A stretch of DNA of 60,463 bases from a virus. Its lineage: Duplodnaviria; Caudoviricetes. Position numbers and translations under genes: made by a program. Positions 1 to 9,049 of the stretch are shown in pieces (position 1 is the first letter of the stretch; every line of letters begins with the position of its first letter). Under the pieces are notes generated by a model that saw only the letters and a program-made list of their open reading frames with translations, was not told the DNA's origin and did no database searches. Where the stretch lies: IMG/VR virus record IMGVR_UViG_3300011335_000321, positions 1 through 60,463 of that record, one strand, 5' to 3'.

Positions 1-225
1 GAAAGAACTCTAGCAGTTTGGGCAGGCCAGAGATCAGCAAACCGCCAAGGGTTGAGAATAAAGATAGCATTTAAAGTCCAATCATTCCAAGAAGTTTATC
101 CACAATCTTTCCCGCCAACTCGTCTGGAAGGTACTGGAGCAATCCGAGCACCCACCACGCCACGCACAGCCTGACAAAGACTTTGAGAAACATATCAAAC
201 TGTTTCTGGTACTCATTCACCGCCC
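1..225. repeat. Terminal direct repeat, left copy (circular assembly overlap or terminal redundancy)
   Basis: 1-225 is identical to 60239-60463 except G127 vs T60365. Confidence 0.97.
71..220 (-). CDS. Small membrane protein (49 aa) in the lysis region; not in the ORF track
   Basis: GTG start overlaps the TGA of the upstream gene; translates as MNEYQKQFDMFLKVFVRLCVAWWVLGLLQYLPDELAGKIVDKLLGMIGL; its TAA abuts the ATG of the next gene. Confidence 0.65.
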   Translation of the reverse strand: MNEYQKQFDMFLKVFVRLCVAWWVLGLLQYLPDELAGKIVDKLLGMIGL

Positions 226-717
226 ACACCTTGTCTTAGCGCACAGTTCGGCCATTTCGTTAATACCCCAGCCAATAGCGCCAAGGAGCATCACGATCAC
301 CACAATACCTACTGCCCATTCCATCTGCTCTTGCTCGGCCTCTTTGCGGCGCTTCTCTTCTTCCTTGGCCTGCCTTGCGGCTATGGCATCATCCCTGTCC
401 ATCTCAGCGGCTCTTGCCTTAATCTTGTTCCAGACGTCTATGTGGCCAGTCTGCATATAGAGCATCTGAAGCTCGGCCTCCAGCTTGGCCGTATTCATCA
501 ATGCATTTTCTATCTGCATTGCCAAAGCAAAATTGGACTTATTGCCCGACCGCTTGGCCTCAACCATCGCCTTGGTAGCCTGACTCTTGGCATCAAAGAG
601 CCGACCAACCATCACCCCCAAGCCGCCTAGATCATTGGCAACTTGACTTGCTTTCTTGACAAGCCCAATGGCTTTTTGCAAGCCTTCTAACGCCGTGACC
701 GGATCTATTGGAATCAT
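217..717 (-). CDS. Hypothetical coiled-coil protein with C-terminal transmembrane helix
   Basis: 166-aa ORF with hydrophobic WAVGIVVIVMLLGAIGWGI; lies upstream of the holin/endolysin genes across the wrap. Confidence 0.75.
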   Translation of the reverse strand: MIPIDPVTALEGLQKAIGLVKKASQVANDLGGLGVMVGRLFDAKSQATKAMVEAKRSGNKSNFALAMQIENALMNTAKLEAELQMLYMQTGHIDVWNKIKARAAEMDRDDAIAARQAKEEEKRRKEAEQEQMEWAVGIVVIVMLLGAIGWGINEMAELCAKTRCGR

Positions 718-753
718 AGGTACAACTTAAAATCATTCCAGTAACCCAACGGC

Positions 754-774
754 AGGGGCCGAAGCCCCTTTTAT
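754..774. terminator. GGGGC-UUCG-GCCCC hairpin (terminator or stabilising hairpin)
   Basis: aggggccgaagcccct; same hairpin as 10492-10505, but the U-tract is only on the plus strand. Confidence 0.5.
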
Positions 775-777
775 AGA

Positions 778-1005
778 TTACTTGGGTTCTACATCAGACA
801 CAGCTGGCTGTGCTAACGCTTGCTTCAGTAACTCAAAGAAGGCATTTCTTCCCACTTGGAGTTGATCCACGTTAAATCTGGCTGAGTCTAGTTTGCGATC
901 TAAATCTGCGACATGATTCAGTAGCGCTTGCTGCTGGGGTGTCAAGTCTTCAAACTGATGTTCAACGCCGTCAATATTCACAGGGGTCTTTTCGTTTTTT
1001 CCCAT
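778..1005 (-). CDS. Small coiled-coil protein, possibly a tail-fibre assembly chaperone
   Basis: ATG at 1005 after AAAGGAAA; heptad-like LLNHVADLDRKLDSARF; follows the fibre genes. Confidence 0.7.
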   Translation of the reverse strand: MGKNEKTPVNIDGVEHQFEDLTPQQQALLNHVADLDRKLDSARFNVDQLQVGRNAFFELLKQALAQPAVSDVEPK

Positions 1006-1055
1006 GATGTTTCCTTTGTATGCCACCAAGATCAGGTGGTGGCTTCTCGTTTAAC

Positions 1056-1355
1056 TTAGGCTGACCAAGGTGTGCCAGAGGCAACAACAGGGTTTTTCTG
1101 CAAAGCGATCTGAGCCGCCAAGGAAGCCTCTGTAGCTGCTTTATCGACCGACTCCCACACCCAACCTAATACAGTAGCTTCTGTGAGATTTGCATAGGGA
1201 ATCGTAGGAGTACCTTCAGCCCATGAGACTGTAGCGTAGCAAGAGGCAGAGTGTTCTCCATCTACTGCTGTGCAAATCCAATGACAGCAATCGACATAGC
1301 CTGTGGCGACTACGCTCTCAAGTGTTGGGGCTTTCCAAGTGTATGTAATAGACAT
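1056..1355 (-). CDS. Tail-fibre-associated small protein
   Basis: 99 aa, SD AAAGGAAA, ends GTPW; directly downstream of the tail fibre gene. Confidence 0.7.
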   Translation of the reverse strand: MSITYTWKAPTLESVVATGYVDCCHWICTAVDGEHSASCYATVSWAEGTPTIPYANLTEATVLGWVWESVDKAATEASLAAQIALQKNPVVASGTPWSA

Positions 1356-1366
1356 GATGTTTTCCT

Positions 1367-3967
1367 TTAAGCTACTTTAACGATAATTCTGGCTCTGCCA
1401 TCTGCTTCAATAGCGATAACTTTACCAACGGATGATTGATATTGTTCAAATGTTGGGTTGCTTACTGCTTGACCTTTGATTGCACCATTGTCATTGACTG
1501 GAATTATGTATTGACCAGCAGTTGCGCCTGTAACATTAACTGGAACTTGTCCTGCAAAAGCAATGCGATCAACAGTCTGACGGGCGACTTCTAAATCATT
1601 TTCTTCAAGATCGCCACCCCATTTGTCATTACCAACATATGAGGGGTCTGTTGACTTCACAACAAAAGACACAGCATTGGCAAACACATTAGTCAACTTG
1701 CCTTGTGAATCAATACCAACCACATCACCTTTGGCAACAGTAAAGTCGCCAGATTTAGTCATGTATTCAGCATAGTCAGCACATGAAGCATTGATAGTTC
1801 CTGCCGCATTGATTGACGGACCAGTTGCGCCAACACTCCACACTTTTAATGGAGCATTTGCGGCATTAGGTGTACCGCCATCTCCATTGTAAAAAATACA
1901 ACCAACATTATTACCAATAACCTCAAGAACAGCATTTCCAACAGCAACAGCTTTCTTTATTTGATGGTTACTTCCACTCGTAGTACCCACTAGCAAATTA
2001 CCAGATGTGTCTATACGGCAACGCTCCGATGGCAAAAAGGCAGTTCCAATAGTCAGCCCAGAATTGGTTGAAAACCACATAGAACCGTCAGGATCATAGT
2101 GAGTACCTGAAGATCCTGTTCTAACAGGCATAAAAGTAAAACTGTTGTCGTAATACGCATTGTTTTGCATATACGCACCAACTGCGTCAGCAACAGCACC
2201 CGCATAAAGGATTTGATTTCCAGAACCACCCTTTAATTCAAGTTGTTTAAAAGACCCAGCAGGACCATGCACAGTTAAGTTAGTAGCAGGTGAACTTGTA
2301 CCAATACCAAAATTACCAGATGTGTCTATACGGGCACGTTCTGCGTTTCCAGTTACAAAACCAACAGGATGGCTACTTAGCGAGCCTATCTTTATATAAT
2401 CATTAGAGCTATCTACGCCACCAATATAAGTCTTTGTGCCATCGTAGGCTTGATAAAAGTTGGTTGTTGCTCCACGACTTAACAACACTCCCAAATCGTT
2501 ACCACCACCGCCATTTCCAATTGTCAAATTGGTGGTAGCGTTTGTTGTTCCAACTAATAGCCGACCACTAGCATCCAGAGTCATTGCCTGAGTAAAGGTA
2601 ATGGCGTTTCCTGCTGTGCCTGATGGGGCTGTTGACCAAGTATGCGCGCCTGACTGTTGTAAATACTGTGTTGCGTTATAGCCTGTGGTTTTGTATTTAG
2701 CGCCACTATTAAAATAAGCATTTGATAAAATTGCTAAATAATTACCGCCACCAGAAATAAATGCTTCTGATTTCAAATCTAAAGAAGTTAAACCACTTCC
2801 CCAAGCACTAGGAGTAACTCCTAATCCAAGGTTGCCAGAGCCATCAAGCCTCATTTTTTCGGTGGAATCGGACGCAGTTACATCAGGCCCTGTATTTGTA
2901 TAAAACGCCAAGGATGTGTTGTTGTACCAATTAGGAGAGCCTGATACTGCAACTACTCTTGCACCTGCGGATGAACTTGCTCCAGTACCACCTTTGTTTG
3001 AAAGCGAAAGTGAAGCCGCAATAGTATTTGCTGATGTAGTGTTGTTGTGAATTACAGCAACACCGTAAACATCCAACTTCTCGGCAGGTGAACTTGTACC
3101 AATACCTAGACCTGTAGAGGTTAGGCGCATTTGTTCTGAGCCTCCAACACCCCAAGATTGGATGCCTGTAATACCAGCAATACGATAATTTTCTATTGCC
3201 GCACCAACATCGTAAAAAACTAAACTTCTTGACCCACGCTCGATATAAATACGCTGTGTTCCAGTATCAGCAAGAAAGTTCAGTTGCGTGTCTGTTGATT
3301 TGCTTCCAGAGCCTAAGTTGGCATTTCCAGTTGTTCCAAAGTTAGTCCCATCAAAAGTAAGCGCAGAGCCACTTGTAACAACTTTAGAGCCGTTTAAATA
3401 AGTAACACCATTGGCAGTGCCTGCTGACAACACTGGGTTGGAAACAAATGAAATAACGCCTGTGCTGTTGGCAATCGATGCGGCAGCTGTTCCATCAAGC
3501 GCCCTAATGTTTGTGACTTCAAGGTTGGTCACATCAAGGGTTGTAAACACCGCCGAGCCGCCCGTATTGCTGACCTTCACAAAGTCAGAACCATTCCATG
3601 CACAGACAGCAGACTCACCAGCAACAATCGTCACGCCCGTAGTCGGGCCAGCGCCTACCAACTTAACGGAGAAGCCGCCTGTGGTGGCGTTGATGACTGT
3701 GTAAATCTTTGACTGCGCTGGGGCTGTAACCGTACGTAATGCCGTACGTGCGCCTGAGAAGAGCAGGATCGCCTGACGAGCCGTGTTCGCAGCGCCTGTG
3801 GTTGTGGTCAGTGTGACATCTGTATCAGTGCTGACGTTGGTCGTACCCGCAACAGAGGTGTCAAGCAGGGATGTAATGCTGTTGTTTACCGTATCACCCC
3901 ATGTGCCGCTCAGTTCGCCCGTGACTGGCAGTGCCAGACCCAAGAGTGATGTGTATGCTGTAGTCAT
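1367..3967 (-). CDS. Tail fibre / receptor-binding protein with a C-terminal chaperone-like domain
   Basis: 866 aa, Gly/Ser/Thr-rich; repeated MRLD.SGN.GIGT-type modules; C-terminal ADYAEY...GQVPV segment typical of auto-cleaved fibre chaperones. Confidence 0.85.
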   Translation of the reverse strand: MTTAYTSLLGLALPVTGELSGTWGDTVNNSITSLLDTSVAGTTNVSTDTDVTLTTTTGAANTARQAILLFSGARTALRTVTAPAQSKIYTVINATTGGFSVKLVGAGPTTGVTIVAGESAVCAWNGSDFVKVSNTGGSAVFTTLDVTNLEVTNIRALDGTAAASIANSTGVISFVSNPVLSAGTANGVTYLNGSKVVTSGSALTFDGTNFGTTGNANLGSGSKSTDTQLNFLADTGTQRIYIERGSRSLVFYDVGAAIENYRIAGITGIQSWGVGGSEQMRLTSTGLGIGTSSPAEKLDVYGVAVIHNNTTSANTIAASLSLSNKGGTGASSSAGARVVAVSGSPNWYNNTSLAFYTNTGPDVTASDSTEKMRLDGSGNLGLGVTPSAWGSGLTSLDLKSEAFISGGGNYLAILSNAYFNSGAKYKTTGYNATQYLQQSGAHTWSTAPSGTAGNAITFTQAMTLDASGRLLVGTTNATTNLTIGNGGGGNDLGVLLSRGATTNFYQAYDGTKTYIGGVDSSNDYIKIGSLSSHPVGFVTGNAERARIDTSGNFGIGTSSPATNLTVHGPAGSFKQLELKGGSGNQILYAGAVADAVGAYMQNNAYYDNSFTFMPVRTGSSGTHYDPDGSMWFSTNSGLTIGTAFLPSERCRIDTSGNLLVGTTSGSNHQIKKAVAVGNAVLEVIGNNVGCIFYNGDGGTPNAANAPLKVWSVGATGPSINAAGTINASCADYAEYMTKSGDFTVAKGDVVGIDSQGKLTNVFANAVSFVVKSTDPSYVGNDKWGGDLEENDLEVARQTVDRIAFAGQVPVNVTGATAGQYIIPVNDNGAIKGQAVSNPTFEQYQSSVGKVIAIEADGRARIIVKVA

Positions 3968-3977
3968 GTTTTAAACC

Positions 3978-4799
3978 TCAAGTTACAATTTCTTCCCATT
4001 CGGGAGTTTGTGCTGTCGTGACTGTAGTCCAAGCAGGCGTCTGCGAATTGCTGATATTTTGCCAGTTTGCGTTCTGGCTGTCATCTATTGGTTTCCAATA
4101 TACAGCAATTATTTCACCCGTAAAACCACTGGCAAGGTTCCCAGTCAAAGAGAGCACCCGTGGGCCAAGAGCCATAGAGCCAACTGCTGCGCTGGCGCTT
4201 ACCCCGGTCAAGGCAATTACCCTGTCAGGCGATACCGATCCAACTTCACCCGTAGCCGTATTTGGCAAGAGCGGAACAATCACTTGCCCCGCAATACCCT
4301 GCGCCTCAACACCGCTCAGCGCAACCAATGCCGACTGAACAACTGTACCGACAGCGCCTGCGGCTTCTACGCCTGAAACGCTAACTGTCTTGGCATGATC
4401 GACTGTGCCAACAGCGCCTGTGCCCAAAACCCCAGACAGTGCAACAGTGCTACTGTTTACAACAGAGCCAACTGCGCCCGTAGCCAGAACACCCGACAGA
4501 GCAACCGTCTTGGCATGGTCAACAGAACCAACCGCGCCCGTAGCCGCTACGCCCGTGAGGGCAATCGTTCTGTCAGCTACAACAGTGCCAACAGCACCCG
4601 TTGCTAAAGTGCCATCCTCGCTTGGACTGTTTGTCTCAGTAACATCCCCAACCGCGCCCAAAGCGCCAACGCCTGAGAGAGCAACAGTGAGTACGGGCGA
4701 CGCAGTGCCGACCGCACCTGAAGCGGCAACGCCTGTTGCATCGAGAGTACCGCCCCAGCCATTACTCCCCCACGCGCCGTCACCCCAGCCGAGAGACAT
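3978..4799 (-). CDS. Repetitive virion structural protein
   Basis: 273 aa; about ten ALSGV.A.GAVG.V repeats; N-terminal WG.G.WG motif. Confidence 0.8.
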   Translation of the reverse strand: MSLGWGDGAWGSNGWGGTLDATGVAASGAVGTASPVLTVALSGVGALGAVGDVTETNSPSEDGTLATGAVGTVVADRTIALTGVAATGAVGSVDHAKTVALSGVLATGAVGSVVNSSTVALSGVLGTGAVGTVDHAKTVSVSGVEAAGAVGTVVQSALVALSGVEAQGIAGQVIVPLLPNTATGEVGSVSPDRVIALTGVSASAAVGSMALGPRVLSLTGNLASGFTGEIIAVYWKPIDDSQNANWQNISNSQTPAWTTVTTAQTPEWEEIVT

Positions 4800-4809
4800 G
4801 GCTTACCTT

Positions 4810-5286
4810 TTAGGTTGTGGACAAGCGCAGCAATGCGGTTGACGTTGTGTTGGAAGGCATGGTCAGTGTGAATGTGCCAGCCGTGATGGTCTGTGAGCCA
4901 AATGTGTGAACAGACACAGCCTTATTAGACTGCGAGCTGTTGTAAATCAGAACCGCATCAAACGCTGTGCTCAAAGTCACAGTCGTGTAAGTGATGGATG
5001 CTGAAGGTGTCCAGTAAGCCACGCCCGCAGTCGCAGAACTGTTGGTGGCAATAGGCGCCGTAGCGTTGGTCACAGTCACGCCGCCCGCTGTGTAGCCCGT
5101 ACCAGTCACTTCATTGGTGGATGAGTAGGCTGTGGTAGCGGCATTAACAGTAGCGGATGTCAGGTACAAAGCCGCTTTAAACGTGTCGGCAGTTGTTGCC
5201 GCACGGATGGGTGCTGTACCGAAATTGTGGGTGGCCGTCATGAGTTCGCCCATGAACGAAGTGCACATGCTTTGAGTGTTAGCGAT
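4810..5286 (-). CDS. Virion structural protein, paralog of 5987-6433; probable ATC start
   Basis: FKAALY...NEVTGTGYTAGG motif; frame open to ATC at 5286 with SD AAAGGA 6 nt upstream; first ATG (5268) lacks an SD. Confidence 0.75.
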   Translation of the reverse strand: MANTQSMCTSFMGELMTATHNFGTAPIRAATTADTFKAALYLTSATVNAATTAYSSTNEVTGTGYTAGGVTVTNATAPIATNSSATAGVAYWTPSASITYTTVTLSTAFDAVLIYNSSQSNKAVSVHTFGSQTITAGTFTLTMPSNTTSTALLRLSTT

Positions 5287-5315
5287 GATAGTTCCTTTCG
5301 TGTGCTATGCCCATC

Positions 5316-5774
5316 TTACGTTTGTACTCTATGCCCGCGATTTTCACCACGGATGAAACTTATGTGCCCTTGAGACACTCCAAGAAAAGCTGCAATTTCT
5401 CGCTGTAGCCCCGGAGCAGTTTTTGCAAATTCAACTTGTTGATCTGTTAATTTTGCTCTGCCATGTGACTCACCAATACGCATACGCATTTTTCTTTTAG
5501 CGTCTTGCATATTTTCTTTTCTTGTTCCAAGACTTAAGTGTGCTGGATTTACGCAAGCGGGATTATCACATGAGTGCATAACATCACGCGAATCCAAGTC
5601 GCCATTAAAAAGTCTGTATGCTGCACGATGTGCCAGCTCATTTCTGGCAGGAGTTCTAAAAAGTCCGTAGCCATTCTTCATGCAATAGGCCTCCCACATC
5701 CAGCAGCCATTTTCCGCTTTATGTACTTTTGACATAAAACGTTCAGCTTCTGGCATCCGTGGTTTCCCCGCCAT
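5316..5774 (-). CDS. HNH homing endonuclease
   Basis: CW.W...GYG...AHR..Y and VMHSCDNPACVNPAHL..GT..EN..D motifs, with a C-terminal HTH-like segment. Confidence 0.92.
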   Translation of the reverse strand: MAGKPRMPEAERFMSKVHKAENGCWMWEAYCMKNGYGLFRTPARNELAHRAAYRLFNGDLDSRDVMHSCDNPACVNPAHLSLGTRKENMQDAKRKMRMRIGESHGRAKLTDQQVEFAKTAPGLQREIAAFLGVSQGHISFIRGENRGHRVQT

Positions 5775-5783
5775 GGTGGCTCC

Positions 5784-5978
5784 TTATGCAATTGAGGCCG
5801 CTTCAGCAGCCATGTAAGTTAATGGTTTCTTCAAAGTCACATGTGCAGAACGGTGAACCAACTCACCCTCTAGCCAGTACTCCACCCAAGTGGTGTTCTC
5901 GTTGTCATTATCCACGACCCCTTCTCTTTTCTCAAGAAGAGAATCATCCATTTCGCCTTTAGTAGTCGTGACTAGCAT
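5784..5978 (-). CDS. Small hypothetical virion-module protein
   Basis: 64 aa, SD TAAGGA, tightly packed in the late operon. Confidence 0.75.
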   Translation of the reverse strand: MLVTTTKGEMDDSLLEKREGVVDNDNENTTWVEYWLEGELVHRSAHVTLKKPLTYMAAEAASIA

Positions 5979-5986
5979 GTGTGTCC

Positions 5987-6433
5987 TTAAGAGATGCGCA
6001 CAATGGCGCTGTTTGAGTTGGCTACTGGGAATTCAACTGTGAAGCTTGTGCCGCTTACTGTCTTGTCCGAACCAAAGTCAAGGATGGCCACAGACTTGTT
6101 ACCCTGCGTGGCGTTGTAAATCAGCGCGGCTCTGGCCGTAAACGAAGCTGATGCCCACGATGTGTTGGCAAACGAGATGTATGCCGTTGGGATGCCATAG
6201 CTGTTGTTGTCTGCCGTAGGAGAGACGCTGATGACCAGCGTGTTGCCCCCTGCCGTATAGCCTGTGCCCACCACTTCGTTTAGGGTTGAGTACACCGTTG
6301 TCGTAGCGTTTAGGTCGGCTGCAGCTGTGTACAGCGCAATCTTGAACGTGTTGGCTGATGTCGGGCCAAAGTTGTGTACCGCTTGCAACAGTTCCGTTTT
6401 GAACGATGTGGTCGATGTTTGAACAATACTCAT
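5987..6433 (-). CDS. Virion structural protein, paralog of 4810-5286
   Basis: SFKTELL..VHNFG...FKIALYT...NEVVGTGYTAGG; ATGA overlap with the upstream gene. Confidence 0.8.
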   Translation of the reverse strand: MSIVQTSTTSFKTELLQAVHNFGPTSANTFKIALYTAAADLNATTTVYSTLNEVVGTGYTAGGNTLVISVSPTADNNSYGIPTAYISFANTSWASASFTARAALIYNATQGNKSVAILDFGSDKTVSGTSFTVEFPVANSNSAIVRIS

Positions 6434-7101
6434 GCCACGCCTCTATTCTGGGGCAGGGGTGCGACACGGAATTGGCCGCTTCTGTAACTGTCAGAACGCT
6501 CCAGACCATCACCCAAACGTTTAGCCAACTCAAGCGCTTCTTTGTACTTGCCGTCGTACAGTTGCATCATGTCGGTCTCACCCTTCATGAATGTGTACGC
6601 TTCCACCAGAGTGCCGTACAACAGTACGGAGTCAAAGTTATCGCCCAGCCATGATGTGCCAGCAGTTACGATGGACTCAGGGTAGTAGAAGTAGTGCAAC
6701 TCAACGGTGTACGTTGCGTCAGGTGTTGGGCCAAGAATAAAAGACAACTCGTTTGCAACGGCTGAATTGGGGCCGAACAAGGCGTAGTACTTGGGGATGG
6801 CCGTATCCGTGGGCTGTGGATATGCCTGACGGATAAAGTTCACATCCTTATTGAGCAAGTACTCGTACGCGCCTGTCGCATCCACCACCGCCAACGAAAA
6901 GGTTGACAAGTAGTCCAAAGGGCAAGACAAGTACTTGTTGTTGGCCGTGATCGTGCCCGTGACATTCTTGCGAAGAGACGGGAACTGTATTGTGTTGTAA
7001 ATGCGCTGCTCGGCCTGCTGGATGAACGTGTTCATCTCAGCGGTCTCAAACGTGTTCTCCGTGTAATCGGAGACGGCAGTTACAAGCTGGGCGTAGTTCA
7101 T
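6430..7101 (-). CDS. Head-tail adaptor / tail tubular protein A-like
   Basis: 223 aa; FIQQAEQRI, P.YYA, GPTPD..Y.VELHY, LLYG.LVEA pattern of podovirus adaptors; position after the head genes. Confidence 0.65.
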   Translation of the reverse strand: MNYAQLVTAVSDYTENTFETAEMNTFIQQAEQRIYNTIQFPSLRKNVTGTITANNKYLSCPLDYLSTFSLAVVDATGAYEYLLNKDVNFIRQAYPQPTDTAIPKYYALFGPNSAVANELSFILGPTPDATYTVELHYFYYPESIVTAGTSWLGDNFDSVLLYGTLVEAYTFMKGETDMMQLYDGKYKEALELAKRLGDGLERSDSYRSGQFRVAPLPQNRGVA

Positions 7102-7104
7102 GTC

Positions 7105-7302
7105 TTAAGCCATCGGGCCGCGAGCCATCACACCTTTAGTGGCGCATCCTGTACCGCGAATCTTGATGCCTGAAGTCTTTGTGCCGGGATAGGGGTTGCT
7201 ACGCTCGTTGGCCAACGATTGATTGGCTTTCAAAGCTTGCTTGACCGGCATCTCACCAACGATAACCGTTGGTTCTTTTTTGGGTTGTCTGTATGTAGCC
7301 AT
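7105..7302 (-). CDS. Small basic virion-module protein
   Basis: ATG at 7302 after GGAGG; Lys-rich; ends RGTGCATKGVMARGPMA. Confidence 0.7.
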   Translation of the reverse strand: MATYRQPKKEPTVIVGEMPVKQALKANQSLANERSNPYPGTKTSGIKIRGTGCATKGVMARGPMA

Positions 7303-7303
7303 C

Positions 7304-7495
7304 TTAGCCTCCACGACCAACAGAGCGCTGGTTCATCACCTTGGCCATGTTGCGGCCATACTTGAGCATATCGCCGTTGGTTTTACCACCAGCTTTGAGC
7401 TTTGTAGGCTTTTTGCCGGGGTGCATGTTTTTCTCATGCTTGCCCACAGCAGACTTAATCATCTTCTTGTCTTGGGCTAAATCTTTCTTGTCCAT
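7304..7495 (-). CDS. Small basic protein
   Basis: 63 aa, Lys-rich, contains LKAGG. Confidence 0.7.
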   Translation of the reverse strand: MDKKDLAQDKKMIKSAVGKHEKNMHPGKKPTKLKAGGKTNGDMLKYGRNMAKVMNQRSVGRGG

Positions 7496-7496
7496 T

Positions 7497-7889
7497 TTAG
7501 GCTCCTATCGTTACCGTTACTGTACCAACTTGCACCGCTAATGCCAAGTAGTTTGGCGTTAGTCCGTTATCAAAATTTCGTGATCCACCAACAGGGTTCC
7601 AGCCCCACTGAATGTCTCGCGAACCACCCGTCAAAGACCCTTGCGAGTTTGGCCCTGCCGTCACGTACGTTGTATCGCGACGAGGATTACGCACTGCTTG
7701 TGGATCATCCACTGGGTACATACCCAGTTGCAACTGCGGCTGATCTGGATCCCAACACGTAGGGCACACAAGCAAATTGTAAAGCTTTGTCTTGAGAACT
7801 TCTTTCTTTAGGGCAGTTAACTTAAACTGAAAGCCACAGCGATCGCACATGGCGATACTGTTCTTGCCAGAAGCAAACCGATTGCCCAT
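7497..7889 (-). CDS. Zinc-ribbon protein (head completion region)
   Basis: CDRC...CPTC Cys pairs; abuts the upstream stop. Confidence 0.75.
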   Translation of the reverse strand: MGNRFASGKNSIAMCDRCGFQFKLTALKKEVLKTKLYNLLVCPTCWDPDQPQLQLGMYPVDDPQAVRNPRRDTTYVTAGPNSQGSLTGGSRDIQWGWNPVGGSRNFDNGLTPNYLALAVQVGTVTVTIGA

Positions 7890-8819
7890 TTACGTACCGC
7901 TTCCAATGAACATCTGACGGGGCACAAACCGAACAGCGGCCTTCTCACGGTCTTCGTCCGAAGCCAACTGCCAAGCCTCATCGTACTGAGCTTTGAGCAC
8001 ATCAAGGCGCTGTGCGCCATCGGGAATCTTCAAAGCCAAGTAGTACGCCAAACCTGCCACCATGCAGTTCAAAAATCTGAACGGTACATCCATTGTGTTT
8101 ACACCGCCACCAGCATCGTCAATACGGCGCATGCGCCAGTACACGAGTTGATACGTTTGGCTATTGTCAGGAGTCGGCCACACAGTGATCGAGGGCAGGT
8201 TTTGTGCGTACACAGGTGCGCTGATGGCGTGCCCTGTCGCTGTTGTTCCTGCTTGACCGCGTGTGCAGTACAGCAGTTGGTTACCGCTGATTGAGCCGTA
8301 GTTGATGGTCTCTGCGCCAATCAAAACAAAGCCTGTGGTTGCCAAACCCGCAGTAGAAGCTACTGTGATGGTTGTGTCTGTGGCTGTAATGGCCGCTGCC
8401 AAGGTTGTGCCGATGGCAGAACGCTGGCCATCTAAGCGCTGAAACCACAACTGAATGGGGCGAGCTTGCTGAAGCTTGTTTGGAATCGTGGCATACGTAG
8501 AAACACTGATACGTGTGATGGTCAGGTCAGCTTGGGTAGACGCGCTACCAGCGCCTGTACGGATCACATGTTCTAGCAAATCCACGGTGTCTGTCGGCAA
8601 AGCGTATGTGGCAAGCCCCGGAGTCAGGTTGATTGTGCCCTGCTCAAAAGTCCACATGTTGATGCCGCGGTTTGCCCAATCGGCAAACATCAAGTTCAAG
8701 GAACGGCGAGCCGTGCGCAGGTCATAGCCCGTACGCAACTCCGAGCCGCATCGCTCAAACGCTTCTTCAACGATCTCAGCAAGATCGAGGTTAAAAGATG
8801 CTGTTCCTGAGATGGTCAT
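7890..8819 (-). CDS. Neck / tail structural protein
   Basis: 309 aa; ARRSLNLMFADWANRG, WPTPD, P.RF..C.VAGLAYY; Thr-rich insert; late operon. Confidence 0.7.
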   Translation of the reverse strand: MTISGTASFNLDLAEIVEEAFERCGSELRTGYDLRTARRSLNLMFADWANRGINMWTFEQGTINLTPGLATYALPTDTVDLLEHVIRTGAGSASTQADLTITRISVSTYATIPNKLQQARPIQLWFQRLDGQRSAIGTTLAAAITATDTTITVASTAGLATTGFVLIGAETINYGSISGNQLLYCTRGQAGTTATGHAISAPVYAQNLPSITVWPTPDNSQTYQLVYWRMRRIDDAGGGVNTMDVPFRFLNCMVAGLAYYLALKIPDGAQRLDVLKAQYDEAWQLASDEDREKAAVRFVPRQMFIGSGT

Positions 8820-9049
8820 CTAAATCCTGCCGTTTTCTTTGCAATCGTTTTAGGTTGCGCTACGAATTGCTTTCCGGCTTTTTTGCCGGCACGTTTTGCT
8901 TTGGTAGTCGCAGCGTATTCCGCAGGGCTGAGAGATTTGATCGCAGCTTCTGGAAGATAGCGCTCGCCTGTTTTACTAGACGGTTTTCCACTCTTGGTTC
9001 TCCATTTCTGGTCGCCCCAATCCTTTAAGGATTTTTGAGGCGCTTTCAA
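8816..9049 (-). CDS. Small basic protein (DUF5872-like C-terminal part, recalled not searched)
   Basis: SLKDWGDQKWRTKSGK...ERYLP motif; very Lys-rich. Confidence 0.7.
   Translation of the reverse strand: MKAPQKSLKDWGDQKWRTKSGKPSSKTGERYLPEAAIKSLSPAEYAATTKAKRAGKKAGKQFVAQPKTIAKKTAGFR

Noticed and set aside
1367-3967. Diversity-generating retroelement acting on the tail fibre
   Set aside because: No reverse transcriptase and no TR/VR pair with adenine-specific mismatches seen
5287-5783. Group I intron carrying the HNH
   Set aside because: Only ~30 nt of non-coding sequence flanks the ORF and no P7-type core is recognisable
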